From a virus, in the IMG/VR virus record IMGVR_UViG_3300042511_000631, positions 1 through 64,000 of that record: 64,000 nucleotides of DNA, one strand, 5' to 3'. Shown here piece after piece: positions 20,006-28,899 of the stretch. The translations under genes were made by a program, and so were the position numbers. Positions within the stretch are counted from its first letter, which is position 1. Every line of letters begins with the position of its first letter. The notes under the pieces were generated by a model. That model searched no databases and was not told where the DNA came from. It saw nothing but the letters and a program-made list of their open reading frames with translations.

Positions 20006-21388
20006 ATGGCTAAGAAGACTGGTAAACGTTCCGCGGCATCAAACGACTTTTTAGAGCCATTAGCGCCAACAAGCGTATCTGCTACAGATGTTGGAACAGG
20101 CAGAGCGTTTAACAATGGTGCAGCCACGGTTACATTTTCTTTGCCCGCACTATCACCTGCTGCTACATCATTTACTGTAACTTCATCTCCTGGAGGATAT
20201 ACCGGAACCGGGTCATCTTCCCCAGTTACAGTCACAGGTTTGCAATCTAACACCGCCTACACATTTACCGCAACAGCAACTAACGCTTCTGGAACTTCTC
20301 AAGCATCTACGGCATCAGCTTCTATTACCGCAACAACAGTTCCTGCTCAAATGTCCGCCCCAACCCCAACTGCCGGGGTTAACCAAAACTCAATTGCTTT
20401 TTCAGCACCGGCAACTGGTGGAAAAACTATTACTAGCTTTACCATAACAGGCTCTGATGCCACTACTGGAACAGGTGCGACTTCCCCAATTACTATCGCT
20501 GATACTGGTGGAACGTCACAGACATACACAGTCACCGCAACTAACGCTAATGGAACAAGCGTTGCTTCTGCTGCGTCTGGCTCTATTACTACGTTATCCC
20601 CATTTTTCCCGCCATTCTTCCCACCGTTCTTTCCATTTTTCCCGCCATTCTTCCCACCGTTCTTTCCATTTTTCCCATTCTTCCCGCCTTTCTTCCCGCC
20701 ATTCTTCCCATTCTTCCCGCCTTTCTTCCCGCCATCATTTGGTCCTTTCTTCCCGCCATTCTTCCCATTCTTCCCGCCTTTCTTCCCGCCATCATTTGGT
20801 CCTTTCTTCCCGCCATTCTTCCCACCATACTTTGCGTATGTGCCGCCTCCAGCGTTTAGCAAAAACTCCCTAGGCCCTAACGTACTTGTTAGAGGAGAAA
20901 ACGGTTTAATTCGTGCACAAGATTTAGTACTTGGCGACGTTATTCACTCTCTTGATATTCCAGGAATTCCGCAAAACTTTAGAGAGATTGGGACAACTCC
21001 AGAGGATCTTGCGGCAATGTCTTGGGATGTAGAGGCGATCTTATCGGCAACCCCAGTACTAACTACAATTAATAGAATACAGATTGCGCAAAGAACTGGT
21101 GCGGTAATTGTAAGCGGTGAAATGTTTACACGAAACCACCGCATACTTATTGAAAGATCTGGAATTGTAAAGATTGTAAAGGCTCAAGAGCTTTTAGAAA
21201 CAGATAAGGTGTTCGATTACCAAACATCTACTTTTGTTGATATAACTCTAGAATTTATTAACGATATTGAGTTTTATTCGTATAGCATTAACTGTGAGCC
21301 GTACGATTTTTACTTAACAGAGTCTACGTTAACATTTGATAATATTGAATGGTACCCAGACGTAGACTCTCCAAACGCGGTAGAGTAA
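20006..21388 (+). CDS. FN3-FN3-(Pro/Phe)n-Hint domain protein
   Basis: Two FN3 repeats (VTGLQSNTAYTFTATATN); 86-aa P/F tract; Hint blocks SLGPNVLV, TRNH, YSINCEPYDFY. Confidence 0.8.
   Translation: MAKKTGKRSAASNDFLEPLAPTSVSATDVGTGRAFNNGAATVTFSLPALSPAATSFTVTSSPGGYTGTGSSSPVTVTGLQSNTAYTFTATATNASGTSQASTASASITATTVPAQMSAPTPTAGVNQNSIAFSAPATGGKTITSFTITGSDATTGTGATSPITIADTGGTSQTYTVTATNANGTSVASAASGSITTLSPFFPPFFPPFFPFFPPFFPPFFPFFPFFPPFFPPFFPFFPPFFPPSFGPFFPPFFPFFPPFFPPSFGPFFPPFFPPYFAYVPPPAFSKNSLGPNVLVRGENGLIRAQDLVLGDVIHSLDIPGIPQNFREIGTTPEDLAAMSWDVEAILSATPVLTTINRIQIAQRTGAVIVSGEMFTRNHRILIERSGIVKIVKAQELLETDKVFDYQTSTFVDITLEFINDIEFYSYSINCEPYDFYLTESTLTFDNIEWYPDVDSPNAVE
20600..20857 (+). repeat. PFF/PPFF coding microsatellite with a 57-bp higher-order duplication
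   Basis: FFPPFFPFFPPFFPPSFGP twice (atcatttggtcc at 20734 and 20791). Confidence 0.95.
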
Positions 21389-21391
21389 AAA

Positions 21392-21904
21392 TTGATTATT
21401 TATAATGACCATAAATCCATAAAATTTAATCCTGATATAAAAGAATATCCAAAAGAATTATCTGGATCATGGTTTTGTTTTACAAAAATAGAAGGTCATC
21501 CAATTCTTGCTGGGATGTGTGCTGTTTATTTTAATGACGAATACCCAAGCGGAACAATTATAGTTTCTAACTACGTACTAGATCAATATCCAGATATATA
21601 CGCTACATGGGATAAAGACTATATGTCAAATAGAATGTTTGTATCCCCAAAATTAAGAAAAAGCGGAAAAGGCAAAAACGCACTTATTGTCGGAGATCAG
21701 TTTATTAAGTTTTTAGGAAATGAGTTACAATATTCTTATGGGGATCATGAAAATGGAGATTTTCTTTTTAATGGGGCATACTCTTTAAATAAAAAAAATG
21801 AAAACAAATATGTTAATGACCTTAACATGTTTGACTTTAGAGACTCAGCCTACCCACTAATACATTTTGATAAAAGGTTCATAAAATATGAAGTATACGC
21901 ATAG
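21392..21904 (+). CDS. GNAT-like acyltransferase
   Basis: MFVSPKLRKSGKGKNAL matches acetyl-CoA-binding motif A (V.P..R..G.G). Confidence 0.5.
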   Translation: MIIYNDHKSIKFNPDIKEYPKELSGSWFCFTKIEGHPILAGMCAVYFNDEYPSGTIIVSNYVLDQYPDIYATWDKDYMSNRMFVSPKLRKSGKGKNALIVGDQFIKFLGNELQYSYGDHENGDFLFNGAYSLNKKNENKYVNDLNMFDFRDSAYPLIHFDKRFIKYEVYA

Positions 21905-22460
21905 AGATACAAAAGTATTTACTAAAAATATAGCTACATTAAACTCTGAAGATATCTTATCTTTAAAGAGTAGCACGCATAAAGATGTATACAGCTATGA
22001 GAACTTTAAAAAAATAGGATATGAAAAAATTAATAGCCCTAAAAATATATTTCAAGAATATAATGCAGAAACGTATAAAGTGTATAAAGAGATCTCAAAT
22101 CTACTAAATGACGCCTGTAATCATTATCTAATAGATCAAGAGCGGCAAAATTATTTTATTAAAGGTAAAGTGTTTGAGTACAACAAAGATCATAATAATG
22201 AGATTTTTGATTTTCCTGGGAGAGATATTCCAATTTTTCATGGGTTTGTTATTTTGGGCGAAGAGGGATTAAAGCAAACATACTACACTGATAAAAGTAA
22301 AAAAGAGTTTATTTTTAGTAAAAATACAATCACACTATCCGCACCAACAAATCTTATAAATAATAAAGTTAATAACAGCTGCAAAGTTATAGAGTACTAT
22401 ATATCCCCATTGTCATCTACTATTCAAAATGAAAAAAATCTTTGGGTTCCTATTTTATGA
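21888..22460 (+). CDS. hypothetical protein, possibly a degenerate DSBH/oxygenase fold
   Basis: Similar size and beta pattern to neighbours (FHGFVIL) but no clear HxD. Confidence 0.55.
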   Translation: MKYTHRDTKVFTKNIATLNSEDILSLKSSTHKDVYSYENFKKIGYEKINSPKNIFQEYNAETYKVYKEISNLLNDACNHYLIDQERQNYFIKGKVFEYNKDHNNEIFDFPGRDIPIFHGFVILGEEGLKQTYYTDKSKKEFIFSKNTITLSAPTNLINNKVNNSCKVIEYYISPLSSTIQNEKNLWVPIL

Positions 22461-23038
22461 AATCGTATAGCACAAACAACTTTTTAGAAACTGATGCCTT
22501 TAATGAAGTGCACTTAGCTTGTGTAGAAAAAAGTAAAAGCTTTAGAAATATACATTATGCGAGCGGGTATGGCAGATACGGCGTTTTTATAGACTTTTCA
22601 AAAGAAATTGAAGATATTTTTGTTAAAAAAGCAAGAGAAGCCTTTAAAACAGAGGATTTATTTATTACTTACATCCAATTAGTTAAATATCAGATAGTAG
22701 AAAACAATATCCCAAGGCTCACTCCCCATATTGATGACCTGCCAGGAACACGGGTTATTGACTTGTGTGTTGACACGACTTTGAGTAATTGGGGTCTTTT
22801 GGTTAACGATACGCTGTTTATAGATACGCCTAACACGGCAATATTTTTATATGGGCAAGAAGAGATCCACTCTAGGCCAGAGTACACTTCAAACAGCCCA
22901 AAAGACTACTCTTTACAACTACTTATAAACTTTGCGCCCAAAAACTTTTGGTTTTTTAAAGGAGACTACAAAAAAGCCTTAAAATATGTAATTCCTTCCC
23001 CGGTTATGTACGGCGATGGTGTTGTAACACAAAGTTGA
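22457..23038 (+). CDS. 2OG-Fe(II) oxygenase
   Basis: LTPHIDD...HSR; ATGA overlap with the previous gene. Confidence 0.75.
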   Translation: MKSYSTNNFLETDAFNEVHLACVEKSKSFRNIHYASGYGRYGVFIDFSKEIEDIFVKKAREAFKTEDLFITYIQLVKYQIVENNIPRLTPHIDDLPGTRVIDLCVDTTLSNWGLLVNDTLFIDTPNTAIFLYGQEEIHSRPEYTSNSPKDYSLQLLINFAPKNFWFFKGDYKKALKYVIPSPVMYGDGVVTQS

Positions 23039-23091
23039 ACACCAAAGCCAGTTGGTGCTATAGTTCGTAGAACTTTAAAAGTGGAGATATT

Positions 23092-23811
23092 ATGGATGTA
23101 TACAACGAGAATGAAAACCCCTGGTTTACTAAAGATCGGTCTGAGACAGCTTCCAACAGGGTTGTAAGACTAATGCCTAAAAGCAATATCCCTATTAGTA
23201 ATCCGGGACTAGGGTTAAATGTTTATCATAATACTTTTTCTTTGGATGACTCTAAAAGGTATATTAAAACGCTTGAGTCCAACTTGGCTAATGGCGGCAA
23301 ATATAAGTGGTCAGAAGCCCAAGTAACAAACTCTGACGTGCCGATTAAAAAAGCAAGAGATTGCGTAGACTTTAAGTACAAACAAGAAAATCTAGGGCCA
23401 AGAGACGAATCTAATAAAGAGTTACTTGATCTTCATGAAGAGATATATCAAAAACTAAAGATGTGTGTGGACGACTACGCACACTACTGGGGCATAAATG
23501 TTACATATTATGAAGCATTTAACTTTGTAAAATACGAAGGTGAGGGTACCCATTTTAATATTCATGCCGATCATGGCCCTGCTTACAACTGCACAGTCTC
23601 TGCGGTAATCTATATTAATGACGATTATGAAGGTGGAGAGCTTAAATTTCCAAGACTAGATAACCTTGTTCATGTCCCAAAAGTTGGTGATATAGCTATT
23701 TTCCCTTCAAACTATATTTATGAACACGCATCTTTGCCGATGAAAACAGGAACAAAATACTGTGTTGTTATCATGACAGATATAAATCTTTTAGGCCATC
23801 CGACAACTTAA
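23092..23811 (+). CDS. 2OG-Fe(II) oxygenase, prolyl 4-hydroxylase-like
   Basis: HADHG, YINDDYEGGEL, HAS...KY. Confidence 0.92.
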   Translation: MDVYNENENPWFTKDRSETASNRVVRLMPKSNIPISNPGLGLNVYHNTFSLDDSKRYIKTLESNLANGGKYKWSEAQVTNSDVPIKKARDCVDFKYKQENLGPRDESNKELLDLHEEIYQKLKMCVDDYAHYWGINVTYYEAFNFVKYEGEGTHFNIHADHGPAYNCTVSAVIYINDDYEGGELKFPRLDNLVHVPKVGDIAIFPSNYIYEHASLPMKTGTKYCVVIMTDINLLGHPTT

Positions 23812-23824
23812 ACTAGGAGAATAT

Positions 23825-24499
23825 ATGAGTACAGAACCTACAACCCCACAATCTTGGAGTAGTTATGAAGAGCTTGCTCCAGGAATATTTGTTTACCACG
23901 ACGTCTTACCAACAGGTCTAAACCTTGTTGATAGACTAGAGTCTGTTTTACAACCTTTAGGGTCTACTGGGTATGCTTGGCAACCAGCTTATGTGGGGTA
24001 TCAACAGCTAATGCCGGAGTATAGAGATTGTGTTGATTTTAAGTTTAAAAAAACAGATGTTCAAAAAGATAATTCAGAAAGCTCTAGGCAACTACAAGAA
24101 ATTTGGCAAGACTGCTACGATAGACAAGCGTTAGCGGTAGAGGATTATTGCCAACGATTTAACATCAACAACTTAAGGTATTGGGAAGCCTTTAACTATA
24201 TTAAGTATGAGGCGGGGCATCATTTTATGGAGCATCACGATCACGGGTTCTCTTATAACTGCACGCTGTCTTTAGTCGCCTATCTTAATGATACTTTTGA
24301 GGGTGGAGAGTTGTTCTTTAGACTTCAAGGGCTAACATATGTCCCAAAAGCTGGAGATGTTGTACTATTCCCGTCTAACTTTATGTACCCTCATCAAGCA
24401 AAAGTCGTTCACTCTGGGACAAAATACTCATTAGTAACAATGCTTGACTATAGTGAAAAGTACCATACACCAGACATGTATCATGAGACTGGATCATAA
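23825..24499 (+). CDS. 2OG-Fe(II) oxygenase, prolyl 4-hydroxylase-like
   Basis: HHDHG, YLNDTFEGGEL, HQA...KY; close paralogue of the previous gene. Confidence 0.92.
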   Translation: MSTEPTTPQSWSSYEELAPGIFVYHDVLPTGLNLVDRLESVLQPLGSTGYAWQPAYVGYQQLMPEYRDCVDFKFKKTDVQKDNSESSRQLQEIWQDCYDRQALAVEDYCQRFNINNLRYWEAFNYIKYEAGHHFMEHHDHGFSYNCTLSLVAYLNDTFEGGELFFRLQGLTYVPKAGDVVLFPSNFMYPHQAKVVHSGTKYSLVTMLDYSEKYHTPDMYHETGS

Positions 24500-25221
24500 T
24501 GTCAATTATTACGGCTTATAAAAAAACACCAACGGCGTTGATTATAGAGCCAATGTCTATTAAGCGCGACTGGATGGACGAAACTCCACAAGGCCATGCT
24601 TATAGGTGCCACCCGGTAACCTCCGCCAATGTTGTTGGTTGGAGCATATCTTCTCCAGTAGACATTAAGTTTATTTGGAACGGTATTAACGACACAAGCG
24701 GTACATCTGTAAAAATTTTAGAAGGTCAAACCTATGTTTATACAGGTAGAGGGCAATCTACAGTTAGCTTTAATACTGGTTTTATCCTTAAAACAAATCA
24801 AAATGTAAGTGTACTAACTGTTACACCTCAAAATTATTTTAATCCAGATATAGAAGTCATGTCTTCTTTGATATCTACATCCTTTTTAAGCACTGATTTC
24901 CCGTTAGCAATTAAGTGCCTGACAGCAAACAAAGAAATTACTATTAAAGCAGGAACTCCAATAGCAACTATCATTCCTATATCTTTGACCTCTTTAAAGG
25001 ATGAATCGGTTGAAGTTGTTGAGTTTGTTCAAACTAAAGAGTACACCGATGCGGTAACATCCTATGGCGCGGCCGCTCAAGAAATAAATAAAACCGGAGA
25101 GTGGACTGATTGGTATAGAAATGCTGTAAACGAAAAGGGGGATTCAGTAGGGTCCCATGAAGTAAAAAACTTAAAGCTTAGTGTTATTGATAATACAGGG
25201 GCTAATAATGAAAATAATTAA
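24499..25221 (+). CDS. DUF6065-like protein
   Basis: RDWMDET...AYRCHPVTSANVVGW. Confidence 0.7.
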   Translation: MSIITAYKKTPTALIIEPMSIKRDWMDETPQGHAYRCHPVTSANVVGWSISSPVDIKFIWNGINDTSGTSVKILEGQTYVYTGRGQSTVSFNTGFILKTNQNVSVLTVTPQNYFNPDIEVMSSLISTSFLSTDFPLAIKCLTANKEITIKAGTPIATIIPISLTSLKDESVEVVEFVQTKEYTDAVTSYGAAAQEINKTGEWTDWYRNAVNEKGDSVGSHEVKNLKLSVIDNTGANNENN

Positions 25222-25972
25222 TTTTATAAGCAATAGACCGTGGCTTACTAAAGAGAGTAAATCAAAACCGGTTCCGACCTCAAAGTCAATACCGCAATGG
25301 TACAAAAACGCGGATAGGTTTGCTAAAATGCCAACTGGAGAACACTACCAAGCAACAAAAGAGATGTGTCCATTCCCTAAAAAAGGCACAACTGATGATT
25401 ATGGGAAGATCCCTACATGGAAAGCTTGTCCTGCACTTTTGGATGTTTTAACAACAGGGTATACCTTGATCACTCCTTGCGACATAGAGTTTTTCTTAGA
25501 TAGCGCTGGGCAGATTGATTTTAAAATTGAAGACCCAATGTATAAAGAGTTTGTTAACAAACGCCCACCTATGCCACAATTTTATCACCCAAAGGGTTAC
25601 TACGAATATCATTTTGCTTGGTGGCCCGAATGGGCGGTAAAAGTTCCAGCTGGGTATAGCGTTTTATATGTATCTCCGTTTAATCGTTACGACATTCCAA
25701 TTATGACAGTTTCTGGGATTATTGATAACGACGAGGTTAACCTTCCTGGATTAATGCCATTTTTTGTACAAGAAGGCTGGGCTGGAGTTTTACCAGCAGG
25801 CACTCCTTACGCTCAACTGTTGCCTTTTTTAAGGGAAGATTGGAAGTCTGAAATTAACATTCCAAAAGAAGTAGAGATGATACAAAACAATATGGAAAAC
25901 AGCAAAAAGTATCGTATTGCAGATGGAGGGGTGTATCAGAAAGAGGTCTGGACTAGGCGGCTCTACGAATAG
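25208..25972 (+). CDS. DUF6065-related protein
   Basis: PQWYK, TWKACPALLD, SGIIDND, GTPYAQLLPF. Confidence 0.6.
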   Translation: MKIINFISNRPWLTKESKSKPVPTSKSIPQWYKNADRFAKMPTGEHYQATKEMCPFPKKGTTDDYGKIPTWKACPALLDVLTTGYTLITPCDIEFFLDSAGQIDFKIEDPMYKEFVNKRPPMPQFYHPKGYYEYHFAWWPEWAVKVPAGYSVLYVSPFNRYDIPIMTVSGIIDNDEVNLPGLMPFFVQEGWAGVLPAGTPYAQLLPFLREDWKSEINIPKEVEMIQNNMENSKKYRIADGGVYQKEVWTRRLYE

Positions 25973-25976
25973 GGAA

Positions 25977-25994
25977 TGGTATAATTAAAACATG
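25977..25994 (+). promoter_or_regulatory. extended -10 promoter, leaderless start
   Basis: TGg-TATAAT (25980-25985), 6 nt, ATG. Confidence 0.7.
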
Positions 25995-26672
25995 AAACAA
26001 AACAATGACTCATACACGACAGTTAAACGCACACCGTCTATGACCCCATCTGGTTGGTTTGGGGATAGCAAGGACATGATTGTCGAGCTAGAGAACTTCA
26101 TGACGCTAGAAGAAATAGAGTTTTTAGAAAAAGCTGCTAAATCTTTAACAATTTGGGATGTAACGCAAAGCCATACGAATGAAAATGGAACCGTTACCTA
26201 TGATTCAGATTATTGGAAAGATAGGGTTGCAAGTCAACCAACCTTAGATAAAAATGATCCAAAGATATCCCCAGTAATTGCTGGACTATTCATAAGATTA
26301 AAACCAATTATTGAAGAGTTTTATAAGGTAAAGGCCCAGCCAACAGGCACAACTATTGTTAAATGGCTCCCTGGGCAGTTTCAAAACCCCCATGCTGATA
26401 AAGAGCTTCATGAAGGGCCTGATGCTGGGACACCTAATGATTTTCCAAACTATGACCTTTCAAGTTTGTTTTATCTTAATGACGATTATGAAGGTGGCGA
26501 ACTATACTTCCCACTACAGGGGGTACAGTTTAAACCTAAAAAAGGCGCTGCTTACTTCTTCCCGGGAGATAAAAATTATATTCACGGGGTTACTGAAATC
26601 AAGAGTGGTTTAAGGTTTACATGCCCACTATTTTGGGAAATAACCCGACATACAGGGGATAGGCAACCGTAA
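25992..26672 (+). CDS. 2OG-Fe(II) oxygenase, prolyl 4-hydroxylase-like
   Basis: HADKE, YLNDDYEGGEL, HGV...RF. Confidence 0.92.
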   Translation: MKQNNDSYTTVKRTPSMTPSGWFGDSKDMIVELENFMTLEEIEFLEKAAKSLTIWDVTQSHTNENGTVTYDSDYWKDRVASQPTLDKNDPKISPVIAGLFIRLKPIIEEFYKVKAQPTGTTIVKWLPGQFQNPHADKELHEGPDAGTPNDFPNYDLSSLFYLNDDYEGGELYFPLQGVQFKPKKGAAYFFPGDKNYIHGVTEIKSGLRFTCPLFWEITRHTGDRQP

Positions 26673-26679
26673 TGACGGA

Positions 26680-26694
26680 TATAATACAATTATG
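26680..26694 (+). promoter_or_regulatory. -10 promoter, leaderless start
   Basis: TATAAT (26680-26685), 6 nt, ATG. Confidence 0.65.
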
Positions 26695-27465
26695 AAATCT
26701 ATTTATGATATCCCGCTTAATTCGGCCGAAGGGGCCCCTAGCTTCTTAGGCCAATTTAAGGGTAAAGTAACGCTGCTAACAAATACGACAGTGGGCTGTG
26801 GTAATGCTAATCAAATGGAAGTTCTCCAATGGCTTCAAGATAAGTACGGTGGAGATGATTTCCAAGTAGTTGCTATCCCTACTAATGACTACTGTGGCCC
26901 TGGCGTTACTAAGGGCAAGTGGTCACAAGGCATTACTTGTGGCTTAGACTCACAAGAGTATGGCAAAGACACTTATGGGACTACCTTTAAGTTTTCAGAG
27001 ATGGTTGCGTCAAACCCAAATAAAAGTGCTAATGAAATGAGCCCTCACAAAGGAAATGACTCTGTAAATGGGTTAGGTCAACCTAAACAAAAAACTCATG
27101 AGCTGTATAAAGAAATATCAGATCAAATGCTTGCGTATGCCGCAAAACAAAAAGAGCTCGGCATTCCAGATAGAGATGGGTATATGTCACCTTGGCTAAA
27201 TCAACCTGTCGCTAATGGAGCAATGCAAGGCGGAAACTTTGAAAAGTATCTTATTGATAAAGACGGATTTGTGGCAAATTGGTTCCAATGTACCGTTTTA
27301 AATTATGATATTGAAAAAACCCTTAAAGAAGATTTAATAGCTAAAGGCACCCCTGCTGCTATGGGAGAAGGCAGAACTCCAGAAGTATTTGAAGAAGAAT
27401 ATAACCTTGTTCAACAAGAGATAGAAAAATTAATTGCTGGAGATAAATCCCTTATAAATAACTAA
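26692..27465 (+). CDS. glutathione peroxidase-like (Cys-GPx) protein
   Basis: GKVTLLTNTTVGCG, VAIPTNDYC, NFEKYLIDKDG. Confidence 0.85.
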   Translation: MKSIYDIPLNSAEGAPSFLGQFKGKVTLLTNTTVGCGNANQMEVLQWLQDKYGGDDFQVVAIPTNDYCGPGVTKGKWSQGITCGLDSQEYGKDTYGTTFKFSEMVASNPNKSANEMSPHKGNDSVNGLGQPKQKTHELYKEISDQMLAYAAKQKELGIPDRDGYMSPWLNQPVANGAMQGGNFEKYLIDKDGFVANWFQCTVLNYDIEKTLKEDLIAKGTPAAMGEGRTPEVFEEEYNLVQQEIEKLIAGDKSLINN

Positions 27466-27481
27466 ACGGAGCACAAGCACA

Positions 27482-28237
27482 ATGAATCTAGAAAACAAAA
27501 AAAGAATAACAAAAGACATAGTTGTTTATAAGAACTTTATAAGCAGAGAAGACTGCAAAAAAATGATTCAAGCCTTAGATGCTCAAGCGGACAACGGGGC
27601 AATTTCTTGGATGCCTATTTCATTTTATGAGTCATACTCTTCAGTATTGCCACAAGACAACGATAAAGAAATAATTGATGCTGGGCTATCTCCAACTATA
27701 TTCTCAGACATTGAAAAAATAATGCCAGAGGCAATTGCTTCAGTTCACGACTTAGACCCAAAAACAATTTCTAAAATCGGGTATCACACACAAAAATGGG
27801 AGCCGGGAGCATACGCAAGAATCCACTCTGACAATACGGATGCGCATGGAAAGTCAGGGGCATTTACAAGAAGCCGTTACGCAGGTTTTCTATATCTTAA
27901 TGATGACTTTAAAGGAGGATTACTTAAGTTTCCAAGTCAACACATAGAGATCAAACCAGAAGTTGGAATGCTTGCCGTTTTTGACGGGGGATTTAACAAC
28001 ATGCACGAAGTATCTTTAATAGAGAGCGGAGTAAGGTACACCATTGGATCTTTCTGGGATGATAGAGAAGAGTCAGATTATCCGCAAGAACTAAGAGATG
28101 CTTGGGCTGCAGAAATGAAAGAGACTAGAGCTCAACAAGAAGTTGAACGAGCAGAGTGGCAAGATTTGCTTAAGCAGGGCTGGAAGCTAGATGCGGACGG
28201 TAATAAATACAAAGTAAAAGAGACTACAAATGATTGA
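27482..28237 (+). CDS. 2OG-Fe(II) oxygenase, prolyl 4-hydroxylase-like
   Basis: HSDN, YLNDDFKGG, HEV...RY. Confidence 0.92.
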   Translation: MNLENKKRITKDIVVYKNFISREDCKKMIQALDAQADNGAISWMPISFYESYSSVLPQDNDKEIIDAGLSPTIFSDIEKIMPEAIASVHDLDPKTISKIGYHTQKWEPGAYARIHSDNTDAHGKSGAFTRSRYAGFLYLNDDFKGGLLKFPSQHIEIKPEVGMLAVFDGGFNNMHEVSLIESGVRYTIGSFWDDREESDYPQELRDAWAAEMKETRAQQEVERAEWQDLLKQGWKLDADGNKYKVKETTND

Positions 28238-28889
28238 GCCCTTTAAACAACAGTTGATAGATAGCGGGTATGTAGTTACAGATATTACCCCAGAACTATT
28301 TTCTGTTGAAAACTTTTTATCACAAGATCAACTAAATACTTTTTGGGATATTATCCACAGTACGTCTCAAGAAGATTGGGAAGTAGAGTACCACGCAAAC
28401 TTAAAGTATTTTTGCATGGAAAAATTTGGCAGAGATGATGTTGATAACCTGGTTGCTGAAGGTAAGTTTGAAATTACTCAAAATTGGAAAGATAAAAACT
28501 TTAATATATTACATCACGAGATCCAGAGGCCATTATATGACGGCTTAAACTCAATGGTAGTCAAAGCTGATCCAGAGTTAATTTTAAGTGGTTTTGCAAC
28601 AATTCAAAGAATGCAAACAGGAGTAGAACTAAAAGCTCATACTGACCAAAAAACAGACCCCTCTATAAAATACGCTACGATTGTATATATTAATGATGAC
28701 TATGCAGATGGCGAGTTATTTTTTCCAAACCTGGGGATCCAGTTAAAGCCTAAACCAGGAACTATGTTGTTTTTTCCAGGTAATGAGCAATATGAGCATG
28801 GGGTTAAGCACGTAGGTGAGGGCCAAATAAGATACGTTCTTGTTGGCTTTATTAAAGAAAAATATCACTATCAAAATAATAAATACTAG
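28230..28889 (+). CDS. 2OG-Fe(II) oxygenase, prolyl 4-hydroxylase-like
   Basis: HTDQ, YINDDYADGEL, HGV...RY. Confidence 0.92.
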   Translation: MIEPFKQQLIDSGYVVTDITPELFSVENFLSQDQLNTFWDIIHSTSQEDWEVEYHANLKYFCMEKFGRDDVDNLVAEGKFEITQNWKDKNFNILHHEIQRPLYDGLNSMVVKADPELILSGFATIQRMQTGVELKAHTDQKTDPSIKYATIVYINDDYADGELFFPNLGIQLKPKPGTMLFFPGNEQYEHGVKHVGEGQIRYVLVGFIKEKYHYQNNKY

Positions 28890-28899
28890 GGAGCATTAA

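Noticed and set aside
20347-20862. Minus-strand GGKNGGKK-repeat ORF and the other alternative-frame ORFs over the PFF tract
   Set aside because: Shadows of the stop-free repeat; the + strand frame has coherent FN3 and Hint domains.
20867-21343. Canonical mobile intein
   Set aside because: No homing endonuclease, no terminal His-Asn followed by Cys/Ser/Thr, and not inserted in a conserved enzyme.
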